Of a DNA stretch of 64,000 bases, positions 54,367-64,000 are shown one piece after another. Numbering within the stretch: position 1 is the first letter of the stretch; each line of letters starts with the position of its first letter. Position numbers and translations under genes: made by a program. The notes under the pieces are model-generated. The model had not been told where the DNA came from and did not search any database. It was given only the letters and a program-made list of their open reading frames with translations. The stretch is from Eledone cirrhosa. Taxonomy: Eukaryota. The stretch is from assembly GCA_964016885.1 (NCBI GenBank), contig OZ024760.1, positions 15,066,001 to 15,130,000 on the forward strand, in the 5' to 3' direction.

Positions 54367-56598
54367 CTGACTTGTCCTTTTAACTGCTTTAGTCAATGTT
54401 TATGTGTGTGTGTGTGTGTATGTAGTACAGACACACAGACACACATACACACATACAGATAACAACAGCAATAGATCATACAATGAGTAATGTAAATGTT
54501 AAAGGGTTAAAAATTAAAATTTTTAATACTGTAAATTTTCTCAACACATGCTATAAACACTGGAATTAAGAAAGCCATTTTTAGATATTTTCTACCAACT
54601 CATTACAGGATGTTAACAGCCATATATAAATATATTTTAATTAAGGTGTTTTAAGGTGTAATTAGCACCTGGAGTGGATTCTTTTGTAACTAGCAGTCAG
54701 GTGGTCAGTCAGTCCTACTAGCCTGGCTCAGGTGCCTCATTTAAGTGGCTGTGCTTTAAATAAAGCCGGGGGTGGTGGGTATATATATATATATATAATG
54801 GTGGGGAGAGGGAGGTTTGACTCGGGTATGATATATATAATGGTGGTGGTGGTGTTGATAATGATGTTGGAAGTGGTAATACTAGTAGAGGTAGTAGTGG
54901 AAGTAGCTGTGGTGGTGGTAGTAACAGTAGTGGTAATAGCGGCAGCAATGGTGTTAATATTAGTAGCAGTAGTAGCAGCATCAGTGGTGGTAATAGTAGC
55001 AGCAGCGGCGGTGGTGGTGGTGGTAGTAGTAGTAGTAGCAGTAGCAGTGGTGGTAATAGTAGCAGTGGTGGTGGTAGTAGCAGTAGTGGTAATAGCAGCA
55101 GCAATGGTGTTAATATTAGCAGCAGTAGTAGCAGCATCAGTGGTGGTAGTAGTAGTAGTAGTAGCGGCGGCAGCGGTGGTGGTAATAGTAGCAGTGGTGG
55201 TGGTTGTAGCAGTAGCAGTGGTGGTGGTAGTATCAAGAGCAGTGGTGGTGCTGGTAGTAGTAGTGGTGGTGGTGGTGGTGGTGGTGGTGGCGGTGGCGGT
55301 TGGAGATCAAAGAAAAACTGTTCTGAAAAATAAAAATAGAAATAAGTTTGATAAAAGAAAAAATCTCACCTAAAAGATAAGAGATTAGGTTTAGAATAAG
55401 TAAAGATAATATTCCTACCCCCCACCCCAGTTCCCCAGCCATGCTTGCTTCCTTCTTCACCCACATTTGAAATGTTGACCCCCCCCCCCCCCCCCCCCAG
55501 CCACATTAATGGAAGGCATTGCCTGCAATTCTCAAATGGTTTTGAAAATAACATAACTTTCATATTTATTATTATTATGCCGGCTTGTTGTGTGGAACAT
55601 AACTTAACCCTTTAGCATTTAAACCCGCTGTATCCGGCCAGAATCCTCTCGCCTCTTTCTGTTCAAACCGGCTATAACTGGCCACTCATACTGATGTTAA
55701 CCCTTTAGCATTTAAACCAGCTGTATCCGACCAAGATTCTCTCACCCCTTTCTGTTCAAACTGACTATAACTGGCTGTTCATACTGATGTTAACCCTTTA
55801 ACATTTAAACTAGCCATATCCGGCCAGAATTCTCTCACCTCTCTCTCTTCAAACCAGCTGTAACTGGCCACTCATATCAAGGTATTCTCAAAATAAATAT
55901 CAAAATCTCATAGATTCGATATTATGTGAGGTAAAGCCTTTACCATGAAAATACAAGAGTAAATATAGAGTAATGTAAATGTTATGAGATATTATGTGAG
56001 GTAAAGCCTTTACCGTGAAAATACAAGAGTAAATATAGAGTAATGTAAATGCTAAAGAGTTAAGAAAAATTCTTACATAGAATTATGATGGAAGGTATTT
56101 TTGATAAATATAAACCCTTTCATTACTATATTTCTAATACAAGACACTTCCTATGATTTTCAAATAATTTTGAAAATAATCAAAAATTGCTGGGATTGAT
56201 TAATATAACTAGCTTTCTCATTGTCAAAAGCTTTTTATCCTCCCACTACTGCTACTACTACTCCACCACTACCACTGCTACTTCCACTACCACTACCATA
56301 AGAACCTTTATGTTCCAAACACCAGCTTTATCAATTATTTCAGAACCATAAGCAGTATCTTTCGTATTAGGTATGATAACAAAAGGGTTAAACCTACATA
56401 AATGTAAACTGTAAATTTCATTATCTTATTTATTTTATTGGGATGATATTTTGAGAAATGTGAAAAAATGACCAAGTCCCACTCCACCATAGAATAAGGC
56501 CCCGAGCCCATCAAAACAGACATTTCAACCCTCCCTCAATGTCAATTTTAGCTAGCAGCTGACCTGTCTCATAGCTTCTTACCATAATCTGTTTGCAG

Positions 56599-56670
56599 TT
56601 GCATCTTTACCACCGACCTCTGACCTTAATTTAGGTCATTCTTCACCGGAACAAAACAGACCTGCCAATG
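56599..56670 (+). CDS. PIK3R1: Probable second coding exon of the p85-like gene (Pro/Ser linker after SH3)
   Basis: Acceptor tttgcAG at 56597-56598, donor GTAAGC at 56671. The 72 nt are open in the phase-1 frame set by the SH3 exon: (I)ASLPPTSDLNLGHSSPEQNRPAN. Unique sequence island; no homology support. Confidence 0.6.
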
Positions 56671-57721
56671 GTAAGCTTGTCTTTTATTTTTATTTTTTTG
56701 TAACCCTCCAAATACCCCAGTTTAATTTCTTTGTAACCCTTTTAATTTCTTTGTAATCCTTCAGATTTCTTTGTAACCCTCCAAATTCCCTTGTAGCCTC
56801 CAAATTCTTTTTAACCCTCCGAATTTCTTTTTTAACCTTCCAAATTTCTAATTCTTTTGTAACTCCCTTAATTATGTTGCACTACCATACTCCTTCCATA
56901 ACCCTCCCAATTCTTCTGTAACTCCCTTAGTTTTTTTACACCACCATAACTCTTCCATAACCCTCCCTAATTGTTTTTTAAACCTTCTCCTTTTTTGTTT
57001 CGTTTTGTGGAGAATGTGTTTCTTTTTGTTTTGTTTTTTCTAACGTAGTAAGTCAAGAACTGAATGCTTTAGTTATACAACTCAATATCAATTTGTTAAG
57101 CTTAACATAAAGTTGGTATGGTATGGTATGGTCCCATAACTCCTGATAGTCGTAGGGGAACCGTATTGACATACTGAGTTTCTTGGGCATTTAAAGCCAG
57201 GCGGAGCCCACCCCTCTCCAGGCCTGAGTACAGCAGATCTCTTCCAGAGAAAGATAGAAAGTGAGAGAGAGGAAAAGAGGAAGAATTTACCCTAGAATTA
57301 TACTGATATTTTTTTTTATTGACCTCGAAAAGATGAAAGGCAAAGTTGACCTCGGTGGGATTTGAACTCCGAGAGCAGAGAGTTGGAATGAATACCTTAA
57401 AGCATTCTATCCGATGTTCTAACAACTCTACCAATTCACTGCCTTAACATAAAGTTACGAAGGGTTAAAACCTTTGTATGCCAAACTGCCTGAAACTCTA
57501 CTTGGTTCTGTGATAGAAAGCTGTTTATTTTTAAGTGTTTATATTTACCAAAAAACTTTCCATTATAATTTTATGAAAGATCCTTTGTTATGTTCCAAAC
57601 AGCAGTTTAATAACAAGAAAGTTTAAGCACACGGGGATTTATGGCAACAAGATTGTGTAAAATAACTTTTAACTATCATAAATATATATGCTGTGTGTGT
57701 GTCCATGTATGTATATTTATT

Positions 57722-57771
<50 letters not shown>

Positions 57772-58844
57772 CATATATGTATGATCTTTTCTCCTTTTTG
57801 GATTAGAGCTACTGTCACTCAGAGAGTGGGATTGGCTCAGTGCACAGTCTTTCCTCACTTTAAAAAAAAAATCTTTACGCACAGGCATTGCACGATACCA
57901 TTAATTGATAATTATTAATAATGTTATATCGTGCAATAGCCATACTCAATAACGAGGGGGCAGCCATCATATGTATAAATATATATATATATATACACAT
58001 AGATAGATAGATAGATCATGCTGGTTTGTTCTATGGTTTGTTTTGGGAAGTGGTACATTTTATATAAGAACCTTTAAGTTATGTTCCAAATTCTTGATTA
58101 TTTTCAAAATTATTTGACACTCAAAAGCAGTGTATTTCATTAGAAATATAAGAAAAGGGAAAGTGGTCTGATGGTCCACTCAGGTGGTCTGACAATCCTT
58201 TCTTTCTAGCAATACCAATGCCATTACTAACTTTTATTAGTAACAAATCACTACATCCTTCTTAGCAGCAGCGCCACCAACACCACCTACATATGAATAC
58301 CATACCACTATTACAAACACCAGCTTTACCAACATCACCAACAAGTCACCATACCATTATTACCACTTAGGCCAGCTATATCATTAACTCTGCTATAACT
58401 AGTAACACCACCACCAACATTACGACCATCAACACTATCACCACCACCAACATTACGACCATCAACACCACCACATCATCACTATTCTATCCCTATCACC
58501 ACTACTGCTAACACTGCCGCCATCATACCACCTCCACCACCCTCCATCTTCCATCACCCCAACTCACACACCCACACACCCATCTCCCCTAGCACCATCG
58601 CCCGTCCTCCTCGCCACCACTACAACCATCATCACCACCACCACGCACACACCCTCCTCGTTCATCCCACCACAACCGCGCGCGCGCACACGCACACACA
58701 CACACACACACCCTTTTCTTCCACCACCACCATGTAGTGTACAATAGTTAAGTTACTGGTAGTAAATAGCTTCACCAGGAAAGTGGGTTAAACTATTTTT
58801 GGTTTAACCTATAATCAGGTCAGTAGGACAGGTAAGTTCTTTAT

Positions 58845-59416
58845 AGTGGTGGTGGTGGTGGTGGTGGTAGTGATGATAGTAGTGGTGGTGGTGATAGTGA
58901 TAGTGGTGGTGGTGGTGATGATAGTGGTGGTGGTGATGATAGCGGTGGTGGTGGTGATGATAGTGATGGTGGTGGTGATGATAGCGGTGGTGGTGGTGAT
59001 GATAGTGATAGTGGTGGTGGTGGTGATGGTAGTGATAGTGGTGGTGGTGGTGATGGTAGTGGTGGTGGTGGTGATGATAGTGATGGTGGTGGTGGTGATG
59101 ATGATAGTGGTGGTGGTGATAGTGGTGGTGGTGGTGATGATAGTGATAGTGGTGGTGATGATAGTGGTGGTGGTGATGGTAGTGGTGGTGGTGGTGGTGA
59201 TGATAGTGGTGGTGGTGGTGATGATAGTGGTGGTGGTGGTGATGGTGGTGGTGGTGGTGATGATAGTGATAGTGGTGGTGGTGGTGGTGATGATAGTGGT
59301 GGTGGTGGTGGTGGTGATGATAGTGGTGGTGGTGGTGATAGTGGTGATGATGGTGGTGGTGGGGGTGGTGATGATAGTGGTGGTGGTGGTGATGATAGTG
59401 GTGGTGGTGGTGGTGG

Positions 59417-59447
<31 letters not shown>

Positions 59448-59760
59448 AGTGGTGGTGGTGGTGATAGTGATGGTGTTGTGTAATAATTCTGTCAGTGATG
59501 TAATAGAGATGATGTGATGATAGTAGCGGTTGTTGTGGTGGTCTGTGTGTGATGTAGTTGTTGTGGTGTGTGTGGGATGTAGTTGTGTTGTAGTGGTGTG
59601 TGAATGATGGTGGTGGTGTAGTGGTGGTGGTGATGCTGTAGTGGTATATGGTGGTGGTGTAGTGGTGTGTGAATGGTGATGGTGTAGTGGTATATGGTGG
59701 TGGTGATGGTGTAGTGGTATATGGTGGTGGTGTAGTGGTGTGTGAATGGTGGTTGTCCAC
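58845..59760. repeat. (GTG/GAT/AGT)n trinucleotide mosaic; similar tracts 7890-8330, 39845-40750, 54840-55300, 59850-60925
   Basis: Low complexity; poly-His/Val/Thr ORFs are artefacts. Confidence 0.95.
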
Positions 59761-60479
59761 TTGTTTAACCCCAGGTCAGCCCTAATAAAACAGATCCTAT
59801 GGTCAAAGCTGCTGAGGTGTTATTTGAGGAAGATTTAGCTGCTATTACTGTATTGGTTGTAGTGTTAATGGTGGAGGTAGTAATAGTGTTAGTGGTGGTG
59901 GTAGTGGTGGTGGTAGTAGTGTTAGTGGTGGTGGTAATGGTGGTGTTGGTGGTAGTAGTGGTTGTATTGATGGTGTTAGTAGTGTTGGTAATGGAAGTGT
60001 TAGCAGTGGTGTTAATGGTGGTGATAGTGTTAGTAGTGGTAGTAGTGTTAGTAGTGGTGTTGGTAATGGAAGAGTTAGTAGTGGTGTTAATGGTGGTGAT
60101 AGTGTTAGTAGTAGTGGTAGTAGTGTTATTGGTAAGGGTAATAGTGTTAGTAGTAGTGTTAGTAGTGGTGTTGGTAATGGAAATGTTAATGGTGGTGATG
60201 GCAGTGGTAATAGTGGTGGTAGTATTATTATCAGTTGCTGCTGTTGTTGTTAAACCCAGGTCAGCACTGATTAGACTATAATACATATTATTATCAAAGA
60301 CATTCCATTCCTGCCCATCCTGTCTTTGCCAGATGAATCTAGGACTACATTATCTGTCATGAAATACAACTGTGGGGTGTGCATGATTTGAAAGAAATCT
60401 GGCTGCTATTTCTAAACTGGGTGACTGACTATCTCCATGGAGGTTTCCTCTTTCCTTTGATGGGTTTAATATTAGTGAC

Positions 60480-60511
<32 letters not shown>

Positions 60512-61202
60512 ATAGGAATAGTAGTAGTAGTAATTGCTGTGACAGTGTTGGTAGCAGTAGTGGCAGTGGTATTGTTGATGTTGGTATGGGTTAGATGTAG
60601 TGGTAGTGGTAATGGTTAGATGTTGTTGTGTAGTAGTAGGAGTAGTAATTGTTGTGATGTTGGTGTTGGTAGCAGTGGTGGTAGTAGTAATAGTAGTAGT
60701 TGTTGTGATAGTGTTGTTGGTAGTAGCAGTGGTGGTGATGGAGGTGGTGGTATGATGGTAGTAGTAGTAGCGGTGGTATGGGTTAGATGTTGTGATGGAC
60801 GTAGTAGTAATAAATGCTGTAACTGATGGAGGTGGTGGTATGGTGGTATGGGTTAGATGTGGTAGTAGTAGAGCCGCAGTAGTAGTAGTAGTTGAAGTAG
60901 TAATAGTGGTGGTAGTAGTAGCTGTTTCTCTTGTTTTTAGTGTTCCCTCCTATGTTTTCTGAAATACTTGGCAGAGAGGTGGTGTGATGGTAGCTTGAGT
61001 AAGCCCCCCACAGCCACCCCCCTCTCTCGCTATATACTCTATATACTCTAAGCTATATACACCCTGGTAAACTACCAGTTGTATAGCTGGTTGCTGGAAA
61101 GAGAAGATGGTGCTCTTGAAGGAAAGTGAAGGGTATATATATATCTGTATATATAAAATAGTTTGTGGTGTATAATATAAATGTTTACATACATACATAC
61201 AT

Positions 61203-61272
<70 letters not shown>

Positions 61273-61631
61273 ACATACATACGTACGTACATACATGCAT
61301 ATATACATACACATGATGTACGCATAAACATACACATACATGTATATATACTCCTTCATTGGGTATACATACATACATACATACATATATATATATATAT
61401 ATTCCATGCTAGTGTAGATGGATGTTAAACGATGATTATATATATATATATATACACACACGCATATATACGCATACAATGTGTTCGAAAAATGTATACA
61501 CACTTTGATTCCCAGTACAGGCAATATTTATTAGAATGCTGTTGAAGTGCGTATACATTTTTGGGGACACGCTGTATATATCATCATCATCTTCGTTTAA
61601 CGTCCATTTTCCACGCTAGCATGGGTTAGAC

Positions 61632-61688
<57 letters not shown>

Positions 61689-61717
61689 CTACTCATCATT
61701 ATATAAATGTGTGTGTG

Positions 61718-61756
<39 letters not shown>

Positions 61757-61819
61757 CAATCTCTAATTCACCAATCTCTCCTATCTCCATCTCTCTCTTT
61801 AAGATTGGTTACTCTTGAA

Positions 61820-61856
<37 letters not shown>

Positions 61857-62454
61857 CTGTATATCGTTTTGTTATATATTTATATATATATATTGTTGTG
61901 CACTACTGCAGGAGTTTCAGCTTTACTTGCACAATACGCCAACAGTATTGCACCTGCTGACACACATATACATGCACATATATATTATACACACACACAC
62001 CAGACATTTCTCTCCCGTCACCATTGTGTTCTCTCTCTCTCTCCATCATATATTATTACCTATCTAGTCAACGGTATACGTGTAATCTCTGTTTACATTT
62101 ACGACAGGGTACTTCTTGAGCAAGTTCCTTCACGTTGCACGTTTGTTTGTCCAGTCTACTCAATACACTTTCAGTTATTGTGCTGCTAAGCTACTACTAC
62201 TACTCCTACTACAATCAACGGTACTACTACTACTACTACTACTACTACTCTGTTGCTCCCTAAATTAAACCTTTAGCATTTAAACAGCCATATCTGGCCA
62301 GAATTCTCTAACCTCTTTCTGTTCAAACCGGCTATAACTGGCCACTCATACTGATGTTAACGTATTGTTCTTAAAATATATAACATCAAAATATCATAGA
62401 TTACCGTGAAAATATAATAGTATATATAGAGTAATATAAATGCTAAAGGGTTAA

Positions 62455-63100
62455 TGATAGGGATTTTGTTCTCACATCTGTATCGGTTTAGCCAGTTCCC
62501 TCACAGAATGTCTCTGGGATATTTTAGTGTTAGGGGCCCCAGTCCTATCATGATTCAACCTTATAGAATTAACTGCCAAATCTGACACTTTACCTCACAT
62601 AATCTCACATAATATCAAATCTATGAGATTCTGATATTTATTTTGAGAACAATACCTTAACATCAATATGAGCGATCATTTACAGCTGGTTTGTACAGAA
62701 ATTCTGGCTGGATATGGCCAGTTTAAATGCTAAAGGGTTGAAATATCCCAGAGGCATCCTGTGAGATTCAAACTTATAGGAGGAAGGCTAAACTGATACA
62801 GATGTGAGAGCCCCTATCATTAAGGTACCCAAAGGTCTTATGAGATGGATGTAAAATTCCTAAAAGGCCGGATAAAACTTCAGATGTGAGATTTGACTGT
62901 TGATTTAATAGTGGAACCATAGGAGGCCTGCAGTTCCTATCATTAAACCACACGAGGCCTACAGCTCCTATCATTTAAATACATGAGGCCTGCAGCTTCT
63001 ATCATTAAGAGACACATGAGGCCTCCTGTGAGATGCAACCTTGTAGGGGGGTTAGCTAAACTTACATGGGTGTAAGCTTGTAACAACACCCACTACATAT
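62455..63100. repeat. Unclassified dispersed repeat built on 'cctatcattaa' and 'gcaaccttataggagg' subunits; related 18945-19330 and 10360-10480
   Basis: The same subunits recur in tandem at the three loci. Confidence 0.6.
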
Positions 63101-63439
63101 GCAGGAGTTTTGACCCATGGTGTGTAGCTTCCGTTGTTAATGAAAATAAAATTACATCTCTTCCTCTCTCTCTCTCTCCCCTTTCCCCTCCTCACCCATC
63201 CTGCTTTATTAATAGTCCCCCATCCCACCAAAAACAAAAAACAAAAAGACGTTTTGCATGCAAACTTCTTCTGGCATTCACACTCTCTTTATAGTGTATG
63301 TATATATTTAAACATGTGTGTATATGTGTGTGTATATATAAAGTGAGAGAGAATAAAATGGGTGCGCGCGTGCAAGTTCTTAATTGTATTGGCATATATT
63401 TGAGTATGCTACATCTTTGCAACCCTGTCCCCTTATTTG

Positions 63440-63490
<51 letters not shown>

Positions 63491-63566
63491 CATATACCCA
63501 TCTCTACATAATTTAATTCTCTTTTTCTTTTTCCCTCACTGGATACTGTAGCAGTTTGCAGAGCAG

Positions 63567-63645
<79 letters not shown>

Positions 63646-63778
63646 AGAGTCAAGACCCCAACACCTTTTCAACAGCTAGTTCCAGACTCTTTATAATATA
63701 TAACCATACTCTACTATCCCAAGTATTGAGTACTCTGTTGTGTAATGGTCTAACCAGTTTCAAACTGAATCCATCCTG

Positions 63779-63814
<36 letters not shown>

Positions 63815-64000
63815 CATAGTACCCATAAAAAATGACTGTTTATAGTAAAAGAAATATCTAAATTGATAATTCTTTGATTACAACACTATGTAAAAATGTT
63901 TGAATCCTTGATTTTCCTTGACCTTCTCCTTCATGTCATTCCAGTCATAGCCGTGTTTTATTTTACGTCCATTTAAGTCAATTAAAGAAAATTTGGAAGA

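Noticed and set aside
58804-60286. Poly-His (318 aa), poly-Val and poly-Thr ORFs; likewise 25445-26143, 39796-40775, 54718-55373
   Set aside because: Trinucleotide mosaics without splice signals or protein-like complexity.
60941-61000. Possible third exon (ttttAG ... GTAAGC)
   Set aside because: In-frame stop in the required phase-1 frame, and no recognisable C1/RhoGAP sequence.

Overview
Eukaryotic, AT-rich DNA dense in microsatellites and transposons. The SINE/MITE content and microsatellite load look like an octopus/coleoid cephalopod genome (inference). The only convincing host coding sequence is the 5' end of a + strand class IA PI3K regulatory subunit (p85/PIK3R1-like) gene: an SH3 exon (ATG 49738, donor 49991) and a probable 72-nt next exon (56599-56670). 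Nearly all of the ORF track is microsatellite artefact. The rest is tRNA-derived SINEs, RTE-LINE and CRE-like retrotransposon remnants, piggyBac-, Tc1/pogo- and hAT-type MITEs, and minisatellites. The main unexplained signal is at least six sequence-unrelated families of short ORF-less elements in or beside (TA)n/(CA)n tracts. Many are head-to-head foldbacks, most carry type I hammerhead ribozyme cores (with stem II covariation between two families), and they share a RAGYACTC tail motif. This looks like a Penelope-like/retrozyme-type self-cleaving retroelement system. All structures were read by eye, with no folding or database search.
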